From Candidatus Latescibacterota bacterium (GTDB taxonomy: Bacteria > Latescibacterota > UBA2968 > GCA-2709665), in assembly GCA_965219995.1 (NCBI GenBank), contig CBDCOX010000002.1:3360001-3424000 (forward strand): a stretch of 64,000 bases of DNA, written 5' to 3'. Positions 7,869 to 20,613 of this stretch are shown piece by piece. Position 1 is the first letter of the stretch, and each line of letters begins with the position of its first letter. Made by a program: the position numbers and the translations under genes. The notes under the pieces are model-generated. The model had not been told where the DNA came from and did not search any database. It worked only from the letters and a program-made list of their open reading frames with translations.

Positions 7869-10800
7869 TCAAACGAGGCTCTGCAAGACCTTTCTGGCAT
7901 TTGCAAGGCGTTCGCCGGGGCTCTGGCCGTCCAACTCGGCCTCGATAAGCAACTGTTCGCCGAGGGAAAAATGCAGCGGTACGGGCGCAGCCGCCACCCA
8001 GTCCTCCACCTGCTTCCGCGTCAGCGTGCGGTCCTTCGGAAACGTGACCGCCAACATTCGACCCGTTCGCACCGTATGCGCGCGAAGCTGGCGCGCCAGC
8101 AGCCGCACGGTTATCTTGTCAAGCAGCGCCGAAACGGGCGCGGGCAACTGTCCGAACCGGTCCGTCATCTCCTCTTCCATCGCCAGGACCTCCACCGTCT
8201 GCCGGCACTCGCCCAGCCGCTGGTAAAACTGCATCTTCAGATCTTCATCGGAAATATACGCTTCCGGAATATAGGCGGAGACGGCCACCTGCACCTCCGG
8301 CTCGGCCACAGGTTCGGCCTCATTGCCGTGAACCTGAGCGATGGCTTCATCCAGCAGCCGGCAGTAGAGCTCGAATCCCACCGCCGCGATATGCCCGTGC
8401 TGCTGCGCTCCCAGCAGATTGCCCGTCCCCCGGATCTCCATGTCCCGCATTGAAATATTGAAGCCGGAACCCAGATCCGCGAATTCCTCGATGGCGCGCA
8501 AGCGGCGGACCGCGTGCTTCTTCAGTGATTTCCACGAAGGGATCAGCAGATACGCATACGCCTGCCGCGCGGATCGGCCCACACGGCCGCGAAGCTGGTA
8601 GAGCTGGGCGAGTCCCATCCGGTCGGCACGGTTCACGATCAGTGTATTCACACTCGGAATATCCAGTCCCGACTCGATAATCATCGTGGAAACCAGACAG
8701 TCGTACCGGGCTTCGAGAAAATCCATCATCACCTTCTCAAGTTGTCTTTCCGGCATCTGACCGTGGGCCACCCCGAACCGCACCTGCGGGACGAGCTGCT
8801 CGAGAAAATTCACGATGGCCGGCATCGACTGCACCCTGTTGTGGACAAAATACACCTGTCCGCCCCGGTCGATCTCCCGCAGGATGGCCTCCGCAACCCT
8901 CTCTTCGTCAAACGGGAGGACTTCGGTCGTAATCGGCAGACGGTCTTTCGGAGGCGTTCGGATAATCGACATATCCCGGGCCCCCATCAGGGACATATGC
9001 AGCGTCCTGGGAATCGGAGTCGCCGTCAGTGTCAGGACGTCCACCTGCCGCCGCATCTGCTTCAGCCGCTCCTTATGGCGGACGCCGAACCGGTGCTCTT
9101 CGTCTATCACGAGCAATCCCAGATCCCTGAACCGAACGTCCTGCGACAGCAGGCGGTGGGTGCCCACCGCAACGTCCACCCGCCCTGCCGTCAGACCGTC
9201 GAGAGCCGTCCGCTGCTCACGCGGCGTTCGGAACCGGCTCAACACGTCGACCGTAACGGGCAAGCCGTCCATTCGCTCCAGGAACGTCCGGAAGTGCTGC
9301 TGCGCCAGAATGGTGGTTGGCGCCAGCACCGCAACCTGCTTTCCATCGGCCACGGCCTTGAATGCGGCGCGTACCGCCACTTCGGTCTTCCCGTATCCCA
9401 CGTCGCCGCACACCAGGCGGTCCATCGGCGCCGACTGTTCCATGTCCTTCTTGACCTCGTGAATCGTCTGGAGCTGGTCCCGCGTCTCCTGGAACGGAAA
9501 CGAGGCTTCGAGCGCACCCTGGAGCGCCGTGTCGTCCGAAAACCTGATGCCGGGCGTTGCCTTTCGCTCCGCGTAAAGGGACAGCAACTCGGCCGCCATT
9601 TTGAAGACCTCCTTTTTGGCCTTCTCCTTTACGCGTTCCCAGGTTCCCGTGCCCAGTTTGCTCAATGCCGGGACGACACTGTCCTGTCCGGCATACTTCT
9701 GTACGCGGTCCATCTGGTCCACAGGCACGTACACCCGGTCGCCGCCGCGATAGAACATCGTCAGACAGTCCTGCCGCACTCCGTCGACCGTAAGGTGCTC
9801 GATCCCTTCGTAACGCCCGATGCCGTGGTCCACGTGGACGACGAAATCTCCCGCTCTGAGGCTTGAAATGCTGCGGATCGGCGTGGCGTCCTTGAACCGC
9901 CGGTATCGGCGGCGGCGGCGCGCGCGGGCGTAAATCTCGTGGTCGTTCAGCACCAGCACCCGCGCCGCCGGAGACGGGTAGGCGAAGCCGCTGCGCAGGG
10001 TGCCCACGGTTATCGAGATCAGGTGCTCCTCTTCTTCCAGCAGTTCTTCGAAACGGGCTTTCTGGCCCTGGCTCTCGCACAAAAGCACGACCTCGTAATC
10101 CGCCTGCCAGTGGCTCCTCAGATCCTCTTTCAGCGTTTCCAGATGCCCCTCATACCGCCGTCCGCCGACGCCGGAAAAATGGACGCCATCCTCCGATCGT
10201 CCGCCCAGCGGCCAGTTCAGGACCCTGCGCAACCCGGCCAGCCGCTTCAGAATCGCCTCCGGATGCCGGGCTACGGCATCCGCCGGAAGCGGCTCCGGCT
10301 CTCCGCGCCTCTTCTTCTGGCGCCGGGCCGCCACCTCCACCCGCGCCCACGCGTCCGCCGCGGCCGTGTCGACGGCGACAGGGTCGTCCACCACGACGTA
10401 ACTTTCCGAAACGTGGTCCAGGAGACAGGTCCTGTCTCTGTACAGAATACCCAGGTAATGCTCCAGTCCGTCAAATGCGCCCTGGCTCTCCATCAGTTCA
10501 CGCAGGCCTTCCAGGTTTATCCCAAGCCGCTGTTCCGCTTCGTCCACGTGCTCCGCGAACACGTCGTCCAGCGTCTCTACCAGGACGGCCTCGCGGCATG
10601 GCAGCATCCGCACCGTCTCGTGCGTGTCCACCGACCGCTGCGTACCCAGATCGAATGCCCGAATGGATTCCACCTCATCGCCGAAAAACTCGATCCGGAC
10701 CGGATGTGTGCTGCCAAACGAGCACACGTCCAGGATTCCGCCCCGCACGCTGAACTGCCCGACTCCGCCCACCAGCGTCACACGCTCGTAGCCGATATCC

Positions 10801-11279
10801 ACCAGATGTTCAGCCAGCGAGTCCGGCGCCACCTCTTCCCCGACCCGTATTTCACGAACCGCCAGATCATACAGATCCGGAGGCAGCGTGTGGCTCATCA
10901 GGGCCTCCACCGGAACGACCACGACCCCGTTCTTTGCCCCCTGCAGCTGATCCAGCGCTTCCAGCCGAAGTCCCATCACGTCGAGATGGGGCGACCGATG
11001 GTCGTATGGCGATCCGCCCCAGGCGGGGAAAATCCCGACCCGGCTCGAACCCAGCACGCGCTCCAGATCGTCGCGCACTTCTTCCGCTCGATCTTCGGAA
11101 GCGCATACCACCAGCACGGGACCCGTCGCCTTCTCCTCCACCCACGCGATGCCGAACGCCGTGAGCGAACCCGGCAGCCCGCGTACTGGAATCGAAGGCG
11201 CGCAAGACTCGATCAGGCGCGCCAGATCCTCAAATGGCTGCGACTTGACCATCCTGTCGTATATCCGCCTGATCGACAT
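7869..11279 (-). CDS. mfd: Transcription-repair coupling factor
   Basis: RGGILD, VVH.DHGIG, GDVGYGKTEVA, DEEHRFG, TATPIPRT, QLRGRVGR, TRCF C-terminus. Confidence 0.98.
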   Translation of the reverse strand: MSIRRIYDRMVKSQPFEDLARLIESCAPSIPVRGLPGSLTAFGIAWVEEKATGPVLVVCASEDRAEEVRDDLERVLGSSRVGIFPAWGGSPYDHRSPHLDVMGLRLEALDQLQGAKNGVVVVPVEALMSHTLPPDLYDLAVREIRVGEEVAPDSLAEHLVDIGYERVTLVGGVGQFSVRGGILDVCSFGSTHPVRIEFFGDEVESIRAFDLGTQRSVDTHETVRMLPCREAVLVETLDDVFAEHVDEAEQRLGINLEGLRELMESQGAFDGLEHYLGILYRDRTCLLDHVSESYVVVDDPVAVDTAAADAWARVEVAARRQKKRRGEPEPLPADAVARHPEAILKRLAGLRRVLNWPLGGRSEDGVHFSGVGGRRYEGHLETLKEDLRSHWQADYEVVLLCESQGQKARFEELLEEEEHLISITVGTLRSGFAYPSPAARVLVLNDHEIYARARRRRRYRRFKDATPIRSISSLRAGDFVVHVDHGIGRYEGIEHLTVDGVRQDCLTMFYRGGDRVYVPVDQMDRVQKYAGQDSVVPALSKLGTGTWERVKEKAKKEVFKMAAELLSLYAERKATPGIRFSDDTALQGALEASFPFQETRDQLQTIHEVKKDMEQSAPMDRLVCGDVGYGKTEVAVRAAFKAVADGKQVAVLAPTTILAQQHFRTFLERMDGLPVTVDVLSRFRTPREQRTALDGLTAGRVDVAVGTHRLLSQDVRFRDLGLLVIDEEHRFGVRHKERLKQMRRQVDVLTLTATPIPRTLHMSLMGARDMSIIRTPPKDRLPITTEVLPFDEERVAEAILREIDRGGQVYFVHNRVQSMPAIVNFLEQLVPQVRFGVAHGQMPERQLEKVMMDFLEARYDCLVSTMIIESGLDIPSVNTLIVNRADRMGLAQLYQLRGRVGRSARQAYAYLLIPSWKSLKKHAVRRLRAIEEFADLGSGFNISMRDMEIRGTGNLLGAQQHGHIAAVGFELYCRLLDEAIAQVHGNEAEPVAEPEVQVAVSAYIPEAYISDEDLKMQFYQRLGECRQTVEVLAMEEEMTDRFGQLPAPVSALLDKITVRLLARQLRAHTVRTGRMLAVTFPKDRTLTRKQVEDWVAAAPVPLHFSLGEQLLIEAELDGQSPGERLANARKVLQSLV

Positions 11280-11384
11280 TCAAGCCCCCGCAGGTGTCCT
11301 GTCCCGATCGACGCCACCCGTGCGCACGAATAGGCGAAAAGCAGAAATCGCGCAGCCCCATTCGCAGGGATCGGCCGCAACACC

Positions 11385-11413
11385 AAAAAGCCCGACCCTG
11401 GGTTGAGTCGGGC
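11385..11413 (-). terminator. Rho-independent terminator (second one downstream of tRNA-Asp)
   Basis: gcccgac/gtcgggc stem plus T5 on the minus strand. Confidence 0.6.
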
Positions 11414-11430
11414 ATTTCCAATACAAACAC

Positions 11431-11457
11431 AAAAAACCACCCGTACCGCATCGGGTG
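11431..11457 (-). terminator. Rho-independent terminator (first one downstream of tRNA-Asp)
   Basis: cacccg/cgggtg stem plus T6 on the minus strand. Confidence 0.6.
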
Positions 11458-11536
11458 ACGCAGTGGGCGTTCACAATGCTCCGGAACTTCGGAGCACGTT
11501 GCCGGGAAGCCTTCCGCCGGCCATTCTTTGTTTAAA

Positions 11537-11615
11537 TGGCGGGGTAGACGGGACTCGAACCCGCGACCTCAGGCTTGACAGGCCTGCACTCTCACCAATG
11601 CTGAGCTACTACCCC
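11537..11615 (-). tRNA. tRNA-Asp (GTC)
   Basis: GGGGTAG/CTACCCC acceptor stem, anticodon arm caggc-CTGTCAA-gcctg, GGTTCGAGTCC T-arm, encoded CCA. Confidence 0.96.
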
Positions 11616-11663
11616 GCATCAACGGCACACGCGCTCAAATCAACTGTCATTTGAGCGGGCGTA

Positions 11664-11692
11664 AAGATAACACAGCCCCCTGAAGCTGTCAA
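11664..11692 (-). promoter_or_regulatory. Sigma70 promoter of tRNA-Asp
   Basis: TTGACA-17-TATCTT. Confidence 0.75.
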
Positions 11693-11734
11693 GCCCTTTC
11701 AGGTAAATTCCACTGCTTCACGGGGTGTCCCTCC

Positions 11735-11763
11735 TTGCCTCCCCCTCCCCTTTGTCTTATATT
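11735..11763 (+). promoter_or_regulatory. Sigma70 promoter of hom
   Basis: TTGCCT-17-TATATT. Confidence 0.6.
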
Positions 11764-11865
11764 GGTCCGTTGCTTCAGTTCCGTCCATTTTTCACGGGCA
11801 TTTCGGCGGCGGAAACAACCTTCGGGAATACGCGGCCAACCACTATTCGGACCATGGGCTCCAGC

Positions 11866-13173
11866 ATGTCCAATCACCGACCCGTCGGTATCGGTCTCAT
11901 TGGCATGGGCGTCGTCGGCGCAGGCGTCGTGCGCATACTCAGAGAGCGTGCGGGCTATTTCAAGTCCATACGCGGCGTGCCGCTTGACCTGAGACGCATC
12001 GCCGTGCGGGATAGCTCCAGGCCGCGAGACCGGGACCTGCCCGCAGAAATTCTCACCGGCAACGCCAGGGAGGTCGTTGAAGACCCCGACGTCCAGATTG
12101 TCGTTGAAGTGATGGGAGGGCTGAACCCGGCCCGGGAATTCTGCCTTAACGCGCTTGAGAACGGCAAAGACCTGGTAACCGCGAATAAAGCCCTGCTCGC
12201 GGAACAGGGCGACGACCTTTTCAGCGCCGCCGCGCGCAACGGCGCAAACATCGGCTTCGAAGCCAGCGTCTGCGGCGGCATACCCATCATCCGATCGCTG
12301 ACGGACGGTCTGGCGGCGAACCGAATTCAGTCCATTTACGGTATTCTCAACGGCACCACCAACTATATTCTTACCCGAATGACCGACGATGGCGGAGACT
12401 TTCAGGCCATGCTGCGCCGGGCACAGGAAAAGGGATTTGCCGAGGCGGATCCGACCATGGACGTCGACGGCACGGACGTCGCCCAGAAACTTGCGCTTCT
12501 GTGCCGCATCGCATTCCGTGTCGGCCTGGATCCCTCGCACATCCTCAAAGAGGGCATCTCGCACGTTTCTCCGCTGGATATCGACTTTGCCGGAGAACTG
12601 GGATATACCATCAAGCTTCTGGCCATCGCGAAGGCGATCGGAACCCGCATTGAAGCCCGCGTCCATCCGTGTCTCGTGCCTTCCGGCGCGCTGCTGGCAA
12701 ATATCAAGGACGAATTCAACGCCGTGGAGATCGTGGGCAATGCAGCCGGTCCACAGGTCCTGTATGGCCGCGGGGCCGGGCAGATGCCCACGGCGAGCGC
12801 CGTCGTTTCCGATCTGCTCGACCTGGCCGAACGCCGTCTGACGGGCCGGGCCTCGGGTCGCGCGGCTCTCGCGGACCTGCCCCGCGCCGACGCCATTCCG
12901 CCGGAAGAGGTCGAAACCAGCTTCTACTGCCGCTTTACGGTATATGACCGGCCCGGCGTCCTGGCCAGGATCGCGCGCATCTTTTCAGAGCAGGACATCG
13001 GCATCGCGACCGTAATCCAGCACGGCCGGTCTGAAACCGAACAGGGTACCGTGCCGCTCATCATGACGACCCACGAGGCCCGCGAAGCCAGCATGCGCAC
13101 GGCGGTTCAACAAATCGACCGGCTTTCCGTAATCACCGAGCCCTCGCAGATCCTCCGCATCGAAACGCTTTAG
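11866..13173 (+). CDS. hom: Homoserine dehydrogenase with ACT domain
   Basis: GMGVVG Rossmann, VTANK, FEASVCGGIP, NGTTNYIL, GFAEADP, GRGAG, C-terminal DRPGVL ACT. Start 11854 or 11866. Confidence 0.96.
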   Translation: MSNHRPVGIGLIGMGVVGAGVVRILRERAGYFKSIRGVPLDLRRIAVRDSSRPRDRDLPAEILTGNAREVVEDPDVQIVVEVMGGLNPAREFCLNALENGKDLVTANKALLAEQGDDLFSAAARNGANIGFEASVCGGIPIIRSLTDGLAANRIQSIYGILNGTTNYILTRMTDDGGDFQAMLRRAQEKGFAEADPTMDVDGTDVAQKLALLCRIAFRVGLDPSHILKEGISHVSPLDIDFAGELGYTIKLLAIAKAIGTRIEARVHPCLVPSGALLANIKDEFNAVEIVGNAAGPQVLYGRGAGQMPTASAVVSDLLDLAERRLTGRASGRAALADLPRADAIPPEEVETSFYCRFTVYDRPGVLARIARIFSEQDIGIATVIQHGRSETEQGTVPLIMTTHEAREASMRTAVQQIDRLSVITEPSQILRIETL

Positions 13174-13201
13174 GAGTACCCGCGCGACACCGCCTGAACA
13201 C

Positions 13202-15688
13202 CTATTTCGCGTCTCCGTTCGGGCCGGTATCCGGGGGAAGGCCCTCCGACCCGTCCCCGTTGTTCTGGGAAACCACGCGGGCAACGTCCATCACCTCGTC
13301 GTCCTCGTCGAGATTGATGAGACGCACGCCCTGTGTATTCCTGCCGATCGAACTGATTTCCCCGATCGGCTGCCGGATCAGGATGCCGTTCAGGGTCACG
13401 ATCATCAGTTCATCTTCATCCACCACGCCTCTCACCGCCACTACCTTGCCGTTGCGCTCGGAGGTCCTGATGTTGATCACCCCCTTGCCGCCGCGGCGAG
13501 TCAGCCGGTAGTCCGTGACCCCCGTCCGTTTGCCGTATCCCTTTGCCGAGACCGTCAGCAGGGTGCTTTCGGCGTCCTGAACCACGACCATGCACACCAC
13601 TTCGTCGCCTTCGTCGAGGGAAATGCCACGCACGCCCCGGGTCCCCCGGCCCATGTCGCGCACGTCCTGTTCGTGAAACCGGATGGCCTGTCCATTTCGG
13701 GTTGCCAGCACGATTTCCTGTGACCCGCTGGTAACTTCGGCCCCGATCAACCGGTCGTCATCCATAATGTTCATTGCGATGATTCCGCCGCGCCGCGGCC
13801 GGCTGTACGCGGGCAGGACGGTCTTCTTGACCAGCCCGTTTCGCGTCACTTTCATCAGATACCGCCCGTCTTCGAACGCCTTCACCGGGACGATCGCGGC
13901 CACCTTGTGTCCCTCGCCGATCTCGATCAGGTTGACCACGGGCCGTCCGCGCGAAACACGCCCGCCTTCCGGAATCTCGTGGACCTTCAACCAGTGGCAG
14001 TGACCCCGATCCGTCAAAAACAGAATGTAGCTGTGGGTGGACGCGATGAACAGATGCTCCACGAAATCCTCTTCCCTGGTACTCATGCCCGTCACCCCTC
14101 GCCCGCCCCTGTGCTGTTGCCGATAGGTGTCCACCGGAATTCGTTTGATATATCCCTGGTGGGAAATGGTGATGACCATATCCTCGTCGGCGATCAGGTC
14201 TTCGATGTTGAATTCCGATGCCGACAAAACGACGTCGGTCCGCCGGTCATCTCCGTACTTCGCCTCGACCTCCAGCAGTTCCGACCTTACAAGCTCCATC
14301 CGCTCCGGCCTGCTGTTCAGAATCGACTTTAGCCGTTCGATCTCTTTGACCAGGGCTTCGTATTCCTCTTCGATCTTCCGGTGTTCGAGTCCCGTCAGCC
14401 GCTGTATGGTCATCGTCAGAACCGCCTGCGCCTGTCTCTCGGACAGGGACAGCCGTTCCATCAGGATCGTCCGGGCGGAATCCGGATCCTCGGCCCCCCG
14501 GACGATTTGAATCACCTCTTCGATCGCATCCAGCGCAATTCGCAAGCCTTCAAGGATATGCGCGCGGTCTTCGGCGACCTGAAGCTCGTAGGTGGTCCGC
14601 CGCACCACCACGTCGTGCCGGTGATCGATATAGTGCCGAAGCAGCTGCTTCAGGTTCAACTGCCTGGGCTGCCTGTCGACCAGTGCGATCATATTGGCGC
14701 CAAACGTGCTTTCCAACTGGGTATGTTTGTAGAGCTGGTTCAGGACCACCTCGCTGTAGGCATCCTGTTTCAGCTCCACCACCACCCGCATTCCCTTTCG
14801 GTCGGACTCATCCCGGATATTCGAAATCCCTTCAACCCGCTTTTCCCGAACCAGATCGGCCATCTTCTCCAGCAACGCGGCCTTGGCCACCATATAGGGG
14901 ATTTCAGTAATGACGATGTTCTCGCGCCCGTTCTTCAAGGACTCCACCGCGGCGGTCGCCCGCACCCGGATCAGGCCCCGGCCTGTACGGTAGGCGTCCA
15001 GCACGCCGCTCATCCCGTAAATCACCCCGCCGGTGGGGAAGTCAGGACACTTTATATATTCCATGAGATCCCTGACATCCAGGTCGGGGTTGTCGATCAA
15101 CGCCACCAGACCGGCGACCACTTCGCGGAGGTTGTGCGGGGGTATCGCCGTGGCCATGGTCACGGCGATACCAACGGCTCCATTGCAGAGCATATTCGGA
15201 AAGCGGGAGGGCAGGACGGCGGGTTCCTCGAGCCGTTCGTCGTAATTCGGGTGAAAATCCACCGTATCCTTGTCGAGGTCCTGCAACATCTCGCTGCCTG
15301 CGCCGGCCATTCTCGCCTCGGTATACCGCATCGCCGCGGGGGGATATCCGTCTATCGAACCGAAATTGCCCTGTCCGTCAACGAGCGGATAGCGCAGCTT
15401 GAAGTCCTGCGCCAGGTTGACCAGCGTCGGGTAGACGATTTCCTCGCCGTGGGGATGGTAGTTGCCGGATGTGTGTCCGGCAATGTTGGCGCACTTCCTG
15501 TGCTGCCTGGCGGGACCCAGGCCCAGGTCGTTCATGGCGATGAGGATGCGCCGTTGCGAGGGCTTGAGCCCGTCGCGCACATCCGGCAACGCACGATTCA
15601 CCAGCGTGCTCATGGAATAGTCCAGCATGGACTTCTTCAGTTCGTCGCCGATGTCCATCGGGACAATCCGCTGCCGCTCGCTCATCAT
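13202..15688 (-). CDS. gyrA: DNA gyrase subunit A
   Basis: RALPDVRDGLKP, YHPHG, AAMRYTE, GyrA-box QHRGGRG, pinwheel CTD. Confidence 0.98.
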   Translation of the reverse strand: MMSERQRIVPMDIGDELKKSMLDYSMSTLVNRALPDVRDGLKPSQRRILIAMNDLGLGPARQHRKCANIAGHTSGNYHPHGEEIVYPTLVNLAQDFKLRYPLVDGQGNFGSIDGYPPAAMRYTEARMAGAGSEMLQDLDKDTVDFHPNYDERLEEPAVLPSRFPNMLCNGAVGIAVTMATAIPPHNLREVVAGLVALIDNPDLDVRDLMEYIKCPDFPTGGVIYGMSGVLDAYRTGRGLIRVRATAAVESLKNGRENIVITEIPYMVAKAALLEKMADLVREKRVEGISNIRDESDRKGMRVVVELKQDAYSEVVLNQLYKHTQLESTFGANMIALVDRQPRQLNLKQLLRHYIDHRHDVVVRRTTYELQVAEDRAHILEGLRIALDAIEEVIQIVRGAEDPDSARTILMERLSLSERQAQAVLTMTIQRLTGLEHRKIEEEYEALVKEIERLKSILNSRPERMELVRSELLEVEAKYGDDRRTDVVLSASEFNIEDLIADEDMVITISHQGYIKRIPVDTYRQQHRGGRGVTGMSTREEDFVEHLFIASTHSYILFLTDRGHCHWLKVHEIPEGGRVSRGRPVVNLIEIGEGHKVAAIVPVKAFEDGRYLMKVTRNGLVKKTVLPAYSRPRRGGIIAMNIMDDDRLIGAEVTSGSQEIVLATRNGQAIRFHEQDVRDMGRGTRGVRGISLDEGDEVVCMVVVQDAESTLLTVSAKGYGKRTGVTDYRLTRRGGKGVINIRTSERNGKVVAVRGVVDEDELMIVTLNGILIRQPIGEISSIGRNTQGVRLINLDEDDEVMDVARVVSQNNGDGSEGLPPDTGPNGDAK

Positions 15689-15760
15689 GCTCCGTATCTC
15701 CCGTGTTTGTCAGTTAACCGCCCGATCCTGCGAGGCGGCAGGACAGGATGCATACAGCTC

Positions 15761-17758
<1,998 letters not shown>

Positions 17759-17827
17759 CTATTCCCATGTTCTGCTCACGAACGTATTCTTCGTGAGCAG
17801 ACTGACGGAAGCCGCTGCCGTCGTTCC

Positions 17828-18172
17828 TCACGCGAACCGGATTGAAGTGACCACTTCCCGCCCCAGAGCCTCGTTCAACTTCCCCTGGATCCGATGCCGC
17901 TCGAACAGCAGACGGTGGCGCACGGCGTGCTGGCTGATCCGGATGACCAGTTCGCCCCGGTGAATCTCGGCCGAACGCGCGATCGCATGGGGCAGACCGG
18001 TGATTTCGTCGATCACCTCCGGCAACAGCATCAGCGCTCGCTGCTCCAGGAGCTTCGCGTCGATGCCGAGGCCCCGTATGGCGGCCCTGAGGGCCTCTCC
18101 CAGGGCAACGGCGCCATCGCCGGTGCGGCCGGACAGACGTGCCCCGCTTCCGGTTTCCTCGATGTGTCGCAA
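17828..18172 (-). CDS. dciA: DUF721/DciA family helicase-loading protein
   Basis: Typical position between recF and gyrB; size and KLNEALGREVVTSIRF C-terminus fit DUF721. Confidence 0.7.
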   Translation of the reverse strand: MRHIEETGSGARLSGRTGDGAVALGEALRAAIRGLGIDAKLLEQRALMLLPEVIDEITGLPHAIARSAEIHRGELVIRISQHAVRHRLLFERHRIQGKLNEALGREVVTSIRFA

Positions 18173-18199
18173 GTCTCACTCCTGGCGGCGCCACCGCGA

Positions 18200-19303
18200 T
18201 TACAGCGACAGCAGTTGAAATCCCCGGTCCTCAAAATTCACATCGGGTTCGCGCGCGGACGTTATGACAACCTGCCCGAACGACGCGACAAGATCCATGG
18301 CCGCCTCCGCCCTGTGTTGATCCAGTTCGGCGAAAATGTCGTCCATCAGCAGCACCGGCGAACGGCCGGTGTGCGACGCGAGATAGGCTGCTTCGGCGAG
18401 CTTCCAGGACAGCAGAATGCTCTTGAGCTGACCTTTCGAGGCAAACTTGTGCGCGCTTCGGCCATCCAGCGTGAAAACCAGATTGTCCCTGTGCGGGCCG
18501 ACCAGCGTATAACCCAGACCCGCTTCGTCTCCCCGCCGACGCCTGAGTTCCGCCTCCAGTATCTCCTGACCGCGTTCTCGTTCGTCGGCCTTTACGGGAC
18601 TACGGTAAACGGATGCGATCTGCTCCTTGCTGCGCGAAATCTGCCGGTAATACGCATCGATCGCGGGCCGCATCGCATCCAGCGCGTCCAGCCTGTCGCG
18701 AATAATCCGCGCGCCAAGCTCCGCCAGCTGTACGTCCCAGGGGGCCAGATGACGCACATCCAGCGCATGCTCCCGACCTTCTCTGAGCAACCGGTTCCTC
18801 TGGGCCAGCACACGCCGGTACTGATCCAGGTCGGACAGATAGGAGGTCTGGCACTGAGAAACAAGGATGTCCAGGAGACGGCGTCGCTGGGGGGGATCCC
18901 GCAAGACCAGGTCTACATCTTCCGGGAAGAACAGAACGGCGTTAAAGGTGCCGATCAGGCTCGAAAGACGGGGGAGTGGGGATGCATCCAGAAGCGCTCT
19001 TTTTTTTCCGACGCGCCGGTCGAAGGCGATTCGAATCGATCTCGTACGGTCTTCGAAGGCAACCGACGCATCGATGCTGAAATATTCCGCCCCCCACCGA
19101 ACGACGTCCCTGTCTCTCGATCCGCGGCCGGACCTGGCTATGGCAAGGAAATATATGGCTTCCAGCAGGTTCGACTTGCCCACGCCGTTTTCCGCGCAAA
19201 CCGCGGTCTTCCGGCCCGGAAACTCAAAATCGGCGGCATCGAAGTTTCGATAGTTGTCAAGCTTGAGCGCCGTAAGGTACAAAACCTGTTGCCCATCAGT
19301 CAT
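18200..19303 (-). CDS. recF: DNA replication/repair protein RecF
   Basis: ENGVGKSNLLEAI, GPHRD, ASKGQ, LLMDDIFAELD. Confidence 0.96.
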   Translation of the reverse strand: MTDGQQVLYLTALKLDNYRNFDAADFEFPGRKTAVCAENGVGKSNLLEAIYFLAIARSGRGSRDRDVVRWGAEYFSIDASVAFEDRTRSIRIAFDRRVGKKRALLDASPLPRLSSLIGTFNAVLFFPEDVDLVLRDPPQRRRLLDILVSQCQTSYLSDLDQYRRVLAQRNRLLREGREHALDVRHLAPWDVQLAELGARIIRDRLDALDAMRPAIDAYYRQISRSKEQIASVYRSPVKADERERGQEILEAELRRRRGDEAGLGYTLVGPHRDNLVFTLDGRSAHKFASKGQLKSILLSWKLAEAAYLASHTGRSPVLLMDDIFAELDQHRAEAAMDLVASFGQVVITSAREPDVNFEDRGFQLLSL

Positions 19304-20495
19304 TTATCCGAAGCGGCATCAGCAGACACAGGTAGTCTTCGCCTTCCGGCTGCTCCGCCGGACGAATGATCCCCGCAGCCATAGGACCGTCCAGTTCGAA
19401 CAATACCTCCTCGGAGTCGATACGTCTGAGAATATCCAGGAGATAGTTCGAATTGTAACCGACCACCATTTCGTTGCCGCTGTATTCGGCTTCGAGCTCC
19501 TCGCGGGCCTCACCGCCGATTTCCTGGCTCGAGGCCGATAGAACGACGCGGTTGTCGTTCATTTCCAGGCGAACCTGGTGTGTCTGTGCGCTTGAAAGAA
19601 TGGAAACCCGTCGGACAGCCGGCATAAATTGGCCGTTGGCCACCTTCATCGTTGTGCCGTTGTCCTGGGGGATTACCTGCTCATATTCGACGTAGGGGCC
19701 CTCCACTAGGCGGGAAAACAGGCGGATGGACCCGCGGGCACCCGTTTCGGAGCCGTTGGCCGCCTGCAAATCGAACACCAGGTGGTTCTGACCGAACTGC
19801 ACGCGGCCCAGGCTGCAGCCGCCGGAAGCCAGCTTGACCACGTGATTCAGCGCACGGGTCGGGACGATCGCCTCAGTTGAGACTTCATCGCCCTCCGACC
19901 GGGAAAGTGTCCTGGAGTATCTGACCAGTCTTGCGCCGTCCGTAGCGACCATCGTCATCCGGCCGCCGCCAACCTTCCAGAACACGCCGTTCAGGACAGG
20001 CCTGGTCTCATCTCTGGACACGGCAAACGTCGTCTTCAGAATCATCTCCCGCAACATCTGGCCCTCGCCACCGCCCTCAAGGTTCTCGTCTGCGGCCTCA
20101 AAGGCCATCTCGGGGCCGTCGACTTCCGCGGGCAACTCAGGAAAGTCTTCCGCGGGCGCCGCCATGAGCGCGTACGTTCCCTCCAGGCCCGACTCGCACT
20201 GGAGCGTCACGCGCCCTGAGTCTTCGGTCAGAACAAGGGGGCCTTCGGGCAGTTCCCGCACGATCTCGGCGAATTTCCGGGCCGGGACCGTGGTTGACCC
20301 GGGAGCCTCCACCGTGCCCGAAAGCAAACAGTTGATGGAAATGTCGAGATCGGTCGCGGTCAGACACACTTCGCCGCTCTCGTTGGTTCCGACGAGTATA
20401 TTTGACAGCACAGGCAAGGCTGTCTTCGACGGGACGATATCCAGCACCGAATTGATGCCCCAGATGAGCAGATCCTGCTCAATAACCACCTTCAT
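19296..20495 (-). CDS. dnaN: DNA polymerase III beta sliding clamp
   Basis: LPVLSN, ATDLD, RPVLNG, VATDG.RL, LLMPLR C-terminus. Confidence 0.97.
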   Translation of the reverse strand: MKVVIEQDLLIWGINSVLDIVPSKTALPVLSNILVGTNESGEVCLTATDLDISINCLLSGTVEAPGSTTVPARKFAEIVRELPEGPLVLTEDSGRVTLQCESGLEGTYALMAAPAEDFPELPAEVDGPEMAFEAADENLEGGGEGQMLREMILKTTFAVSRDETRPVLNGVFWKVGGGRMTMVATDGARLVRYSRTLSRSEGDEVSTEAIVPTRALNHVVKLASGGCSLGRVQFGQNHLVFDLQAANGSETGARGSIRLFSRLVEGPYVEYEQVIPQDNGTTMKVANGQFMPAVRRVSILSSAQTHQVRLEMNDNRVVLSASSQEIGGEAREELEAEYSGNEMVVGYNSNYLLDILRRIDSEEVLFELDGPMAAGIIRPAEQPEGEDYLCLLMPLRIND

Positions 20496-20613
20496 TTTCC
20501 TGTCTCCCGGGAACCCATGTTTCAACGACGTGGTTCCACCTGAATCCGGTTGAAATCTCGAGATTGTATTCGTCAAAAAAAACGGCCTGTTCGGGCGTTA
20601 TCAATCATGACGT

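Noticed and set aside
9827-9842. GTCCACGTGGAC palindrome in mfd as a third parS
   Set aside because: Outer positions deviate from the parS consensus; explained by the conserved VHVDH codons
11537-11615. tRNA-Asp as an integration site
   Set aside because: No integrase and no duplicated tRNA 3' end seen; flanked by core genes
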